Virus record (IMG/VR): IMGVR_UViG_3300020593_000122
Location: 1 to 49,131 of that record
Origin: a virus
Lineage: Duplodnaviria; Caudoviricetes
Reading direction: 5' to 3' (one strand)
Length of the DNA: 49,131 bases
The translations under genes and the position numbers were made by a program. Positions 1 through 9,246 of this stretch are shown piece by piece. How positions within the stretch are numbered: position 1 is the stretch's first letter; each line of letters begins with the position of its first letter. The notes below the pieces were generated by a model that was not told where the DNA came from, did not search any database, and was given only the letters and a program-made list of their open reading frames with translations.

Positions 1-207
1 CTACCCCTTCGCCTGCTGCTCGAACAGCGCCACCGCACCCTGGAACGACGCGCGCGCGCCCACCATGCGGCCAACGCCGTCGCGGGTATGCCAGAGCTCG
101 TATCGATAGTCGCCGTCCACCCATACCCTGCAGATCGTCCAGCCTGGCGCGCCGGCCCAGTAGTAGTCGTCAGCCTGCCGCCAGTCGGTCTCCGCGTCGT
201 CCATCAT
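1..207 (-). CDS. Hypothetical phage protein (68 aa)
   Basis: ORF MMDDAETDWRQADDYYW... with stop at 1-3; divergent from the SOS-box operon. Confidence 0.6.
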   Translation of the reverse strand: MMDDAETDWRQADDYYWAGAPGWTICRVWVDGDYRYELWHTRDGVGRMVGARASFQGAVALFEQQAKG

Positions 208-265
208 TGCCACCCCGGGAAAATGTAACTTCACCGCCCATTTGGCACTGATTCTAGAGCGGATA

Positions 266-285
266 TACTGGATAAACAACCAGTA
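266..285. promoter_or_regulatory. LexA (SOS) box
   Basis: TACTGGATAAACAACCAGTA = TA-CTG-N10-CAG-TA, ending 8 bp before the ATG at 294. Confidence 0.85.
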
Positions 286-293
286 TTTCTGCT

Positions 294-593
294 ATGCCCG
301 ACTGCATCGTCCGCCGCACCCATCGCTACGGCCGCCCGCTCCGCGAGGAGGATTGGGTGACTGTGCCTGGCCCCATCAACATGTTCTCCATCTACAGGGA
401 GGACATGCGCCGCTACGTCCAATGTTTTCAGGTCGTGCGCACGCAGCAGGGCGCCCGGCTGCCGCCGCCGATCCCAGACCTGATGGATGTTGAGCTGCTC
501 GGTTTTACGAGCGAACGGGCGCTGCTGGTCCGAGGCTTCGAAGAAATCGAGCGCGCCCGCTTTTACCAGGGCTGGTACATCACCTGGATCTAG
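294..593 (+). CDS. Putative SOS-inducible phage hypothetical protein (99 aa)
   Basis: Directly follows the LexA box; C-terminal GFEEI..RFYQGW motif resembles small SOS-linked prophage proteins. Confidence 0.75.
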   Translation: MPDCIVRRTHRYGRPLREEDWVTVPGPINMFSIYREDMRRYVQCFQVVRTQQGARLPPPIPDLMDVELLGFTSERALLVRGFEEIERARFYQGWYITWI

Positions 594-595
594 CC

Positions 596-847
596 ATGAC
601 TCAAGACAATGGAATTCTCCGCCGCGTGCCCGGCGGCTATTGCGCCGCGGCTTCCGCCACCCTGCCGCCCGTCGAGACGGCCGAAGACCGTCCGCATGAA
701 GTCGTGATCGAGGCCGGCCATGTCGGCTGGGTCAGGATCTACTTCCGCCGGATGCGCGTGCGGCACCACAAACACAGCCACTGGTTCTGGCATCCGTATC
801 GGGCCGAGCCGGTGGAAGCGCCGGATGGTCACGGCGACCCTCGGTAA
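596..847 (+). CDS. Hypothetical protein with His/Trp-rich C-terminus (RHHKHSHWFW)
   Basis: ATG 2 bp after the upstream stop, suggesting an operon. Confidence 0.7.
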   Translation: MTQDNGILRRVPGGYCAAASATLPPVETAEDRPHEVVIEAGHVGWVRIYFRRMRVRHHKHSHWFWHPYRAEPVEAPDGHGDPR

Positions 848-889
848 CTACGAATATCCACCGTCGCGCCGATCGGAGACACTTCCGCC

Positions 890-1111
890 ATGGAAGGAAC
901 CGAGCTTGATCAGTGGCGGCGCCGTGCGTCGGGATATGGGCTGTTGCAACATGAGCGCCAGGCCCTGGAGGCGAGCGCCGGAATGCTGTCCGGCGCACTG
1001 GCGGCCTGCGTCGACATCTTGGAACGTCCTAGCGAGGCTGCTGTTCTCGCCATCTTTGCAGAGGCATGCCGGCGCGCTGCTATTCCAAGCGAAGTGCCGC
1101 TCAAAGGCTAG
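890..1111 (+). CDS. Hypothetical protein (73 aa)
   Basis: GGAG RBS upstream; converges on the lipoprotein gene. Confidence 0.55.
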   Translation: MEGTELDQWRRRASGYGLLQHERQALEASAGMLSGALAACVDILERPSEAAVLAIFAEACRRAAIPSEVPLKG

Positions 1112-1118
1112 CAGCCCT

Positions 1119-1529
1119 TCACATCGCTGGCTCGAAGATGATGTTCTTCGATGGGCCGAATCCAATTCGGTAGTCCGCTGTCTTCCCTGCTTCCACTACC
1201 ACATCAAGCCGCTTAATCGGAAACGTGGGGCCAATCGGCTGCGCCCCGAGCGTATGACTTCCTGATGGAACCTCCAGCAGCAAGACTCGATTCGACTCAA
1301 GGTTGGCAACATGGCGACCATCGATATAGATTAGGACGTACCCAGCGCCGGCCCAGGGCCCGGCGTCTCGGCCAATACGAACCGTTCCTTTATCCGCGCC
1401 GGAACGCAGCAAATCTGCATCTAGAATGTCAGACGCCTCAACACGGGTAGTCCGGTTCATATCAACCGGCGTTGTGGTGCATCCGGCCGCCAAAATAAGC
1501 GCGCAAACCACTAAGGCAGTTCGAATCAT
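1119..1529 (-). CDS. Lipoprotein moron (DUF2846-like beta-sandwich)
   Basis: GGAGG RBS; signal peptide MIRTALVVCALILAAG|C lipobox; YIDG..VA.L motif; visibly lower GC than neighbours. Confidence 0.75.
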   Translation of the reverse strand: MIRTALVVCALILAAGCTTTPVDMNRTTRVEASDILDADLLRSGADKGTVRIGRDAGPWAGAGYVLIYIDGRHVANLESNRVLLLEVPSGSHTLGAQPIGPTFPIKRLDVVVEAGKTADYRIGFGPSKNIIFEPAM

Positions 1530-1613
1530 TGGAATTCGCCTCCAGGCTGAACGCCTGCACTTTAACGCATGGCAGACTGGCAGCAAAGTAGCGTTTGCCA
1601 CGATCACACTACT

Positions 1614-1892
1614 TTATTGCGCCTCCCATTTCGCCGCCGCCTTCTCGTAAGCCTGGACTGCGCCGGCGCGGCGGTCCTCGCAGGCGCGCAGCTCCAGCGC
1701 ATTAGCGGCCGCCGCCATCGTCATGTGGCCCAGATCCGCTTCATCAGGGATTTGCGCCGGCGCCGCGCACGGAGCCTTGAGCTCGCCCGGCAGCGGGGGC
1801 AGCTTCTGACCGGTCGCCAAATGCGGCCTCACGGTACAGCCGGACACCAGAAGCAGGCACAGGACAGCGATACTCAATTTTCGTGACTTCAT
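1614..1892 (-). CDS. o-spanin (Rz1-like lipoprotein)
   Basis: Lipobox LVSG|C, Pro-rich, overlaps the 3' end of the i-spanin in another frame. Confidence 0.85.
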   Translation of the reverse strand: MKSRKLSIAVLCLLLVSGCTVRPHLATGQKLPPLPGELKAPCAAPAQIPDEADLGHMTMAAAANALELRACEDRRAGAVQAYEKAAAKWEAQ

Positions 1893-2172
1893 CTTTCACC
1901 CGTACGGTTACGACTTTGACCTGCTCGCGCCACTGCTCCGAGGTCTGGCGCAGCTCGCCCGCGAGGGCGTGCAACGCCTCATTCACCTCGGCGTACTTCT
2001 CAGCCTGGGCGAGCGCCGCCTGGCTCTCGGCCAGTTTGAAACCTGCGTCCTTGGCGTCGGCCTGCGCATCCATGTATTGGTAGGTCAGGAAACTCGCCGC
2101 CGCAGCGGACAGAACCCAACCCTTCCACCCCACCAGGCCAGTCAAGGTCTTCTTGAAGAAATCCGAGATCAT
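1744..2172 (-). CDS. i-spanin (Rz-like)
   Basis: N-terminal hydrophobic segment, coiled coil, C-terminal Cys; ATGA overlap with the endolysin stop. Confidence 0.8.
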   Translation of the reverse strand: MISDFFKKTLTGLVGWKGWVLSAAAASFLTYQYMDAQADAKDAGFKLAESQAALAQAEKYAEVNEALHALAGELRQTSEQWREQVKVVTVRVKDEVTKIEYRCPVPASGVRLYREAAFGDRSEAAPAAGRAQGSVRGAGANP

Positions 2173-2618
2173 TTGAGCCTCACTACGCCGCGGCGATAGC
2201 CCCGGCCAGACTTCCACGACAGCACTTCGCGCCGCATACGAGCGTCGATCCCAAGGTGGACCCAGGTCGAGCGTGCCGTCTGTTCGAAGATGAGCTGATC
2301 GAAATCGAGCGCGCTGTCAGCGATCGCTTGCGCCACAGCCTGATCGGGCCCGAAGCCCGGAACGTGGAAATCGGCCGCCAGCCCGTGGCAATGGCTAGAG
2401 GTGGCGCTACCGTCCACCGCGGCATTGAGCGCCGGCGACCGGTAGCCGGATGTGATGACGACGGGGTGGCCGACCAGCGCCCGCACCTCTTCCAGCTTCC
2501 GCGCCAGCTTGGCCAGGTTGGCCAAGTGCTCATCGCAAGGGGTGTTGTCGATTCCTCTACGCACGGCCGTGTCGCTCCGCGTGAACTCGATCAGCGAGAA
2601 GTGGTCGGAGAGCTTCAT
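2169..2618 (-). CDS. Endolysin, peptidase M15A family
   Basis: MKLSDHFSLIEF start, ITSGYRS, SSHCHGLAAD and WVH zinc-peptidase motifs. Confidence 0.92.
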   Translation of the reverse strand: MKLSDHFSLIEFTRSDTAVRRGIDNTPCDEHLANLAKLARKLEEVRALVGHPVVITSGYRSPALNAAVDGSATSSHCHGLAADFHVPGFGPDQAVAQAIADSALDFDQLIFEQTARSTWVHLGIDARMRREVLSWKSGRGYRRGVVRLK

Positions 2619-2911
2619 GGCCTCACCCTCACAATGGCCGCGACGTTTCCGCGAGCACGCCAGACAAGATACGCCAGGACTACCGCGACCCCCGCCTGCC
2701 ACAGGGACACGACGGCCTGGCGGGTCAACACGTCGAGCACCTGGCCGCCCGTGCATACCACCAGCGCATAAGCAACCCACGCCATCCCTGGCCGATAGCG
2801 CGCCCCACACCGCCGATAGCACACCAGACGGGCCACCGTCAGTATGTTGGCCACGACAAAAAGAAGGGCCACCGCATGGTGGCCCAGGTCGATCGGTGTT
2901 GCGGTAGTCAT
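2615..2911 (-). CDS. Phage holin family protein (DUF754-like)
   Basis: Three hydrophobic segments, YRR.GARYR and ARGNVA motifs; upstream of the endolysin. Confidence 0.8.
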   Translation of the reverse strand: MTTATPIDLGHHAVALLFVVANILTVARLVCYRRCGARYRPGMAWVAYALVVCTGGQVLDVLTRQAVVSLWQAGVAVVLAYLVWRARGNVAAIVRVRP

Positions 2912-2912
2912 A

Positions 2913-3263
2913 TCACCCTCCACGCTTCCAGAGCGACGTAATGTCGAAGGTCTTGATCCGCTCGATCGCGGTCAAGGCTACGGTCACGGCAACGGCCGCG
3001 ACACAGAATGCCGCGATCGCCGGCTCTCTGATCGGCGACAAGGCCACCACATCGGGCGCCCCCAGGTAGCCGATGACCCAGGAAATCAAGCCATAGACGA
3101 TCCGGGTCAGGACATTGCCCTCTTTGCGCGATATGACGAAGAGCGCCGCGCCGGAAAATGCCCCGATCAGCGCCCCGCCATCGATGCCGGGCAGCATCCC
3201 GGCAATGGTGACGCCGGCGGCTGCGGCCGCGACAGCGCCGGTCGTACTTGGTTCAGCCATCAT
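2913..3263 (-). CDS. Putative holin
   Basis: MAEPSTT start, GAFSGAALFV motif, multiple TM segments, AGGAG RBS. Confidence 0.8.
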   Translation of the reverse strand: MMAEPSTTGAVAAAAAGVTIAGMLPGIDGGALIGAFSGAALFVISRKEGNVLTRIVYGLISWVIGYLGAPDVVALSPIREPAIAAFCVAAVAVTVALTAIERIKTFDITSLWKRGG

Positions 3264-3274
3264 TTCTCCTATGC

Positions 3275-3305
3275 AAAAAACTTGCCCGCACTAGGCGGGC
3301 TTTTC
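3275..3305 (-). terminator. Intrinsic terminator between tail and lysis genes (possibly bidirectional)
   Basis: GCCCGC-ACTAG-GCGGGC stem (3284-3300) with an A-run on the left and a T-run on the right. Confidence 0.65.
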
Positions 3306-3509
3306 GGTGGTGGGGGCTTCTGGCTTGGGGTACTTCCGCTTTACGGCCTGGCAATGCTCGACCCAGCGCACCACGTCATCCGGGAGGAGGATGCCTTGCT
3401 CTCGCAGAGCGACCGCGAGCTTCACCATCGCGTCCAACTGATCGCGGATATCCGGGTAGTCCCTGCGTCGTAACTCCTGGGGCGAGCACTTATACCGAAG
3501 GCGTTGCAT
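3291..3509 (-). CDS. Small tail-associated protein
   Basis: RRRDYPDIRDQLDA...VKRKYPKP motif common next to tail fibres. Confidence 0.7.
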   Translation of the reverse strand: MQRLRYKCSPQELRRRDYPDIRDQLDAMVKLAVALREQGILLPDDVVRWVEHCQAVKRKYPKPEAPTTEKPA

Positions 3510-3942
3510 ACACGAACCTCTTTTCCTTGTACGGCCACAGATAAAGGTGAATATCCAGCGCTTCGCCCGGCGGCCCCTCCAGCTCGATCTCGGTGTCCTC
3601 CACAGGGAAGGACTCGCCATTGATCGACAGGAACGCTCCCAGTAGCACGTCGCGCAACACATTCCCGTCTAGCCACGTGGGCATGTCGGGGCGCGGCGCC
3701 AGCTCGCCGTCCAGGATCATCTCGTCAGTTAGCGATGGTTCGCGCGGCACACCGATAAACGGCTTCAGGCGCCCATGCTCGTGATTGATGATCACATTTC
3801 GCAGCGTGGTATGCAGACACCAATTGATCTCGCCGCGCTCAGGCGTGTAGAAGGCAGCAAAGCCCTCGACTTCCATCAGCTGCTCGAATGCCGGATCCCG
3901 ATAGTTGAAGTGATTGATTCCTACGAAATTGGCGTTATCCAT
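3490..3942 (-). CDS. Hypothetical protein, possible tail-tip chaperone (150 aa)
   Basis: Starts 3 bp after the gpJ stop. Confidence 0.7.
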   Translation of the reverse strand: MDNANFVGINHFNYRDPAFEQLMEVEGFAAFYTPERGEINWCLHTTLRNVIINHEHGRLKPFIGVPREPSLTDEMILDGELAPRPDMPTWLDGNVLRDVLLGAFLSINGESFPVEDTEIELEGPPGEALDIHLYLWPYKEKRFVYATPSV

Positions 3943-3945
3943 GCT

Positions 3946-6900
3946 CTACCTTTGGAAGCCCAACACAGCCATCCGCCCGGCATACGTGCGCCCGCCGTCA
4001 TTGGGCCGCTGGCCATCGACCCACATCGTGTAGGTGCCCGCGCCCACCGGGCCATAGATATAGGTGAAACTTTCCACCATCGTTCCTGATGTCGAGCTAG
4101 TCACGTCCAGAATAATGGGGTTGCCGTTGATACTGGCAACGATGCGCGACGGAGTCGGTCCACCGACAGAGCCCGACACGGCCGCCTGCAAGAAGCAGAT
4201 CAACGTCCCGCCATAGGGCAAATAAACGCCCACATTCCCAATACCGACCATAGGGTCGCCAGACGCTCCCACCCACTGGGAGAACCCAGTCGAGGTGCCA
4301 GCCACAACGGACCCCGCAGCAAGTCGAAGCGTGTCGATCTGCGCGACCCCGATATTGGCGGTTTTGACATAGGCCGTGTCGATGTTGGCCAGCTTCGACA
4401 GGAACGAAGCGGACGTAATGCGGTCAGCGTCGACGGTGTTGGACTGTATCTTGGAGCCGTGCAGGGACTCGATCTGTCCGTCCTTGACGACGATCCGACT
4501 GGCGATCAACTCCTCGAGAAAAACTTGGCCATTAACTACCGAGAACGGCGACACGAGCTGACCGTTCAGGTCGGTCAGCAGCACAAATCGGTTGGCCAGC
4601 ATGGCGATGGTGGGATCAACAACCTCCCCCTCGCCATTGGCCTCAAGCCCAACCGAGATGCCGGCCAGGTACTTCTGACCGTTCTGGTTGGCCTGTACAT
4701 TCACATTCCAGTTTGCCGATATCTTGCCGTCGATGGTGGCGATGGCTTGGCTGTTCTGCTGCACGGTCGCAGCAGTTTCACCGGCCTCAGCCTGCAGCGT
4801 TTGGATAGCCTGCGCGTTCGCCTGGTCGCCATCAGCGCGGGCGGTCGCCTCCAGCTGAATGGCGGCGGCGTTATCGTCAACCTTCCCTGCCAGAGTGGTC
4901 ATCTGCTGCGCGAGCGCTGAATCAACGTCTGCCCGAGTCTGCGCCTCCAGTTGGACGGCAGCGGCATTGTCCTCCGCCTGGGCCTGCACCGTTGCGATAT
5001 CCCTGGCCAAGGACGAAACGGCATCTGCTCGTGTCTGAGACTCCGCCGAGATCGCCGAAGCGTTCTGTTCGGTCTTCGACTCCAGTTGACTGGCGCGCTG
5101 CGCCAGCGCCTGGTCACCGTCGATGCGGGCCTGTTCCTCCGTGACGACTCGGGCTTGCATCTCGCCCTGCCGGACCTCCATCTGCTGGAGCCGCAGCGTA
5201 TGCGTCGCGGTCGCCTTCACGAGATCGGTGATCTGGCCATCGGCATCGGCCGTCGTCGCCTTCAGTTCCTGCAGTCGCAGGGCATGCTGGTCAGTCGCCT
5301 CCGAAAGCTCAGTCAGCTTGTTCGTGTGCTGGCCAGCGACGGTTTCAAGCTGGTCCGTCCGCGAAACCAAGGTGGCCTGCGTCTGCTCCACCGTGACCAA
5401 ACGCGAACCCTGGCCATCGACCTGAGTTTGCATTTCGGTCACGCGCTGCGACGTTTGCGCCGTCACAGTATCCAGTTGCTGGATGCTGCTGTTCTGGCTC
5501 TCATCGCTGGCCTTCAGTTGGTTCAGTTGGCTGGCATGCTCGGCGTCCGTCTGTTGGAGTTCAATGATGGCCGCCGACTGATTGCCGCTGTCCGTTTCCA
5601 ACTGCACCAGGCGGCTGGCGTTGCCTGCGGCGACATCCTCGACTGTGCGGATGCGCGATTTCTGCGCAGCGCTCTCCACGGCAAGCTGCACCAATCGAGT
5701 CGCCTGACCCGCCTGCACCTTGTTGACTTCGAGCAGTTGGCCGTCGGTATCGGCCTGCGTCGCCCGCAGTTCAAGCCAGCGCATGACCAAGTCGGCGCGC
5801 GCCTCTTCGTTGGTGGTGATTCGTGCTTCGTGATCGTCCGACTTCTGCTCTAGCGTGACAGTGCGTTGCGCCAGGTCTGCCTGAGCTGTTTCTACAACCT
5901 CAATCCGGCCATTCTGCTGGCCATCGCTGGCCTGCAACTGCTGAATCTGTTGCGCCCGCGTCGCATCGGTCTGCTGCAGTTGGGTGATGGCGCTCTTGTT
6001 ATTGCCGCTCTCCGTCTGCACCTCAGCAAGGCGCTGCGCGTGGTCAACCTGCGTCGTCTCGACGGTGGACAGGCGCGATCCTTGCCCAGCAAGGGTTGTT
6101 TCCGCCGCCTGAATGCGTTGAGTGTTGTCAGCCGCGACCGCTTTGACCGCCACCATTTGGGACGACAGGTCGGCAACAGCCTCGCCCACGCTGGCGTAAT
6201 CGCCCACCTTCTGCCAATACGTTGTGTCGGACGGCGGATTGCCGGTGGTCTCCTGCTTGGCGCGATAGAGGCCGCCCTCATCGGTCACTAGGTTACCGGT
6301 TTGATACGTCGTGCCGGCATCGTAGGGCCGCGCCCCCAGGACTTCCGCCACGTCAGCACTGAGCGCGTCAATCTGTGCCTGCAGCTCGTTTCGGGTCTGC
6401 GTAACGGCCTGCTGCCGGCCGGCCACCTCGTCGGCCAACCCGTCCGCGACGGCGCTCACCGCGGCGACGCGCTCCTGCTGCTCGGCCAGCAGATCCTCCG
6501 CGAGCTTGATATTCTGCTCGGCCCGCTTGCTTGCCTCGACCGCGATGTCCTGCGCCAGCTTGATGGCCTTTTGCGACAGTTCGGTCAGTACAGAATCATT
6601 CTCGCCCAGCAGCGACCCGACAAGCGCCATATCGAACTGCAGGCGCTCGATATCGGCGATCATTTGTTTACCCTGCTCCGTGGTGACGATGAGGTCTTTT
6701 ATCGCCTCCAGATACTCGGCCGCATTGCTGCTGACGGTGCCCAGAACCCCCGGCTGCCCCTCCGCCGGATAGACAGGCCCAGGCTCGCCCAGGCTATCGA
6801 CCCCTCGCGCCCAAAACCAGAGCTGCGCCCCCGCCGGCAGGCCGCCGAGTTCGTACATCGCCTGCGGCCACGTAACATCGGCCAGCTTCTGGGTCGGCTG

Positions 6901-9246
6901 AGTCGAACTGCCGCCAATCCAGATCTCGGTGTGATGGATAGGACTGGTCGAGTCGGCCGGATATCCCCAGTTGACGCGGATGCCGTAGATCAGCGACTGG
7001 GTCAGCAGCATGGAAACGGCAGGCGGTGGCGCCAGATCGCCTTCCAGCTGCTCCGGCTCCGAAAGCACCCAGGCAGAACGAACATCCAGCGGGCTCACGG
7101 CGCGCACGCGTGCCTGATACAGACCAGCCCGGATGCCCTCGACTTCCACCGAAAACTCGGTCGTGTCGGGCACAGCCACCCAGTTGCCGCTGTTACGGCG
7201 CCATTGGACCTGATGGAACTTGGCGTCGGTCGTGCCCTTCCACTCGATCCGCAGCACATGCACGGCTCGGTGCTGGTCGACGGCGGTATGGGCGGAGATC
7301 CTGACATCAGTCGGCGGCGGCATGACCAGGGACGGCACTACCGTGCTGGGCAGCGGATCCAGCTTGGTGCCATAGTCCACCGCAGCGTGCTTGCCAGGTA
7401 CGGCCTCGACCGCCGTGATTTCAGCGAGCAACTTGTCCTTACGGCGAACGTTCAGGATTCGGAACAGCCGCGGTTTAAGATCGCTAGCACTGACGGTCCA
7501 GCCCGCTTCAGCCTGGGGGAGCTCGCTAAAGGCCGTGGCCAGCTTAACGCGTGTGCGATCGCCCTCCACCTGCACGTCGGACACCGTGCGCTCTTCGCAC
7601 ACACCGGCCGGCAAATTGATCGTCAGCGCATCGCCGACCTTCACGCGTGCGACGCGATCCAGGATAACTTCACGCTGGCTCGCCGCGGCATACAACCGAC
7701 CGCCAATGGCGGCACCAGCGAGGGCATTGTCTGCAATCTCGACGATTCGCCCAGGCGCGACCACAGCGTAATCCAGCCCCACCGTGAAATTGACGCCGCG
7801 CGTCTGCATCCGGGAAGTGAGCAAAACCCACTTCCCCATGCGCACTGCCTGGCCGCGCGAAACATTGAGGAATGTCGATACCTGGGTTTCGCGGATGCCG
7901 TAGCGGGCGATGCCTGCCGCATCTTCGACAGTCTCAACCTTCTGACGTCCGAAATCATCCTGGTTGGAATAGGAAACCAGGGCAACCGTGTAGCGGGTCG
8001 AGCGCCGGGTGCCAGTGTAATTAAACTCCCCGACCACATTGGCCGCAGAGTAGGTATACACGGGGTCCTGCGGCATGTCGGCCACGGTCGTGACCATGCC
8101 GCCCATTTCGTAGGACATGCCGTGGAACGCGGACGCAATATCCTGGAGCACCTTGCGAGCATCGGCACGAGTGCGCAACTGCCCCACGATACGGAATCGC
8201 GGCTCCATCCCGCCCAAGCCATCGGGCACAAGCTCGTCGCAATACTGGGCGATGCGATAAAGCGCGTATCGATCAATCATGCCCAGGTCGATGCGTTGAC
8301 CCAGTCCGAAAATATCGTTGGTCAGAATGTCGAGCAGCACCCATGGCGGGCAGGACGACACACCCAGCTTGAATGTCCCGTCCCACGTGCCGGCATAGGT
8401 ACGCGTCACCGGGTCGTAGTTGGAAGGGATGCGGATCTCGCGGCCCTTCCACCGGACGGCACGGGTTGGGATGCTGGAGAACAACTGAGCGGGAATGAGA
8501 TACCCGACGAGAGCCATCATCGGATAGCGCAGCTTCTCGTCGACGACCTCCGTCAGCGCGTCAATGTAGGACCGATTGATCACGGTCGATGAGGTCGAGT
8601 CGGGCGTAATGCGCCTCACGCGCAGAGTCCAGTAGGCGGCGCGCGGTGGCAGGTCAACTCGATGCGTCCGGGTATACCGCTGCGTGGTCTTGCCCGTCAT
8701 GGCGGTACGCAGGACCTGGACAAAGGGGCCGCCAGCGGTCGAAAGTTCGATGACGTACTCAACCTGACCACCATCCAGGTCGCCGTTCTTGGGATCCTGG
8801 GTGGTAATCCGGTCGGTTCCCAGCGTGATGCGCACGGCGGACAGGTCAGTGTTCGTAATCTGCTGCGTCCAGGGCGTGGTCGCCTTCAGCTCGACGCCTA
8901 CCGCGATGGTGTTCTCGGCAGCCGGGAATCCCGGAATCGGGTCCTGGTTCTGCGTGCCCAGCCGATAATGGACCTCGACGCCCGGGAAGTTGATCGAGCC
9001 ATCAGCATTCTGGATCGGCGTGCCGTTCAGGAATACATCGCGCAGACCGAACCCGTCGCCCGAATATGGCCCGCCGGTCGGACCAACCGATATGAGGTCC
9101 AGAATACGGGCGTACTGCGTACTGTGCAGGCTGTCGGGCGCTTCCTCGGCGGCACGGCCGCCGCCCCCACCCTTGCCACCACCGAAGCCGACCACTGGCA
9201 TCGCGGCCTTGAGGAGGCCACCGCCGCGCGGTTTGTACTGCGTCAT
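3946..9246 (-). CDS. J: Tail tip / host specificity protein J (~1766 aa)
   Basis: GGGKGGG N-terminus, EEAPDSL, PSNYDP.TR.Y.G.WDGTFK, YCDELVPDG motifs, FN3-like region, long coiled coil. Confidence 0.95.
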   Translation of the reverse strand: MTQYKPRGGGLLKAAMPVVGFGGGKGGGGGRAAEEAPDSLHSTQYARILDLISVGPTGGPYSGDGFGLRDVFLNGTPIQNADGSINFPGVEVHYRLGTQNQDPIPGFPAAENTIAVGVELKATTPWTQQITNTDLSAVRITLGTDRITTQDPKNGDLDGGQVEYVIELSTAGGPFVQVLRTAMTGKTTQRYTRTHRVDLPPRAAYWTLRVRRITPDSTSSTVINRSYIDALTEVVDEKLRYPMMALVGYLIPAQLFSSIPTRAVRWKGREIRIPSNYDPVTRTYAGTWDGTFKLGVSSCPPWVLLDILTNDIFGLGQRIDLGMIDRYALYRIAQYCDELVPDGLGGMEPRFRIVGQLRTRADARKVLQDIASAFHGMSYEMGGMVTTVADMPQDPVYTYSAANVVGEFNYTGTRRSTRYTVALVSYSNQDDFGRQKVETVEDAAGIARYGIRETQVSTFLNVSRGQAVRMGKWVLLTSRMQTRGVNFTVGLDYAVVAPGRIVEIADNALAGAAIGGRLYAAASQREVILDRVARVKVGDALTINLPAGVCEERTVSDVQVEGDRTRVKLATAFSELPQAEAGWTVSASDLKPRLFRILNVRRKDKLLAEITAVEAVPGKHAAVDYGTKLDPLPSTVVPSLVMPPPTDVRISAHTAVDQHRAVHVLRIEWKGTTDAKFHQVQWRRNSGNWVAVPDTTEFSVEVEGIRAGLYQARVRAVSPLDVRSAWVLSEPEQLEGDLAPPPAVSMLLTQSLIYGIRVNWGYPADSTSPIHHTEIWIGGSSTQPTQKLADVTWPQAMYELGGLPAGAQLWFWARGVDSLGEPGPVYPAEGQPGVLGTVSSNAAEYLEAIKDLIVTTEQGKQMIADIERLQFDMALVGSLLGENDSVLTELSQKAIKLAQDIAVEASKRAEQNIKLAEDLLAEQQERVAAVSAVADGLADEVAGRQQAVTQTRNELQAQIDALSADVAEVLGARPYDAGTTYQTGNLVTDEGGLYRAKQETTGNPPSDTTYWQKVGDYASVGEAVADLSSQMVAVKAVAADNTQRIQAAETTLAGQGSRLSTVETTQVDHAQRLAEVQTESGNNKSAITQLQQTDATRAQQIQQLQASDGQQNGRIEVVETAQADLAQRTVTLEQKSDDHEARITTNEEARADLVMRWLELRATQADTDGQLLEVNKVQAGQATRLVQLAVESAAQKSRIRTVEDVAAGNASRLVQLETDSGNQSAAIIELQQTDAEHASQLNQLKASDESQNSSIQQLDTVTAQTSQRVTEMQTQVDGQGSRLVTVEQTQATLVSRTDQLETVAGQHTNKLTELSEATDQHALRLQELKATTADADGQITDLVKATATHTLRLQQMEVRQGEMQARVVTEEQARIDGDQALAQRASQLESKTEQNASAISAESQTRADAVSSLARDIATVQAQAEDNAAAVQLEAQTRADVDSALAQQMTTLAGKVDDNAAAIQLEATARADGDQANAQAIQTLQAEAGETAATVQQNSQAIATIDGKISANWNVNVQANQNGQKYLAGISVGLEANGEGEVVDPTIAMLANRFVLLTDLNGQLVSPFSVVNGQVFLEELIASRIVVKDGQIESLHGSKIQSNTVDADRITSASFLSKLANIDTAYVKTANIGVAQIDTLRLAAGSVVAGTSTGFSQWVGASGDPMVGIGNVGVYLPYGGTLICFLQAAVSGSVGGPTPSRIVASINGNPIILDVTSSTSGTMVESFTYIYGPVGAGTYTMWVDGQRPNDGGRTYAGRMAVLGFQR

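Noticed and set aside
1-300. Left att site
   Set aside because: No copy of the ~48780 junction sequence or of the TTGGACA arm repeats seen; probably outside the window
6301-8592. 763-aa plus-strand ORF and similar long antisense ORFs (e.g. 14046-15353, 15903-17480, 19685-20806, 45544-46362)
   Set aside because: Shadow ORFs opposite well-recognised genes, expected in high-GC DNA; no recognisable motifs
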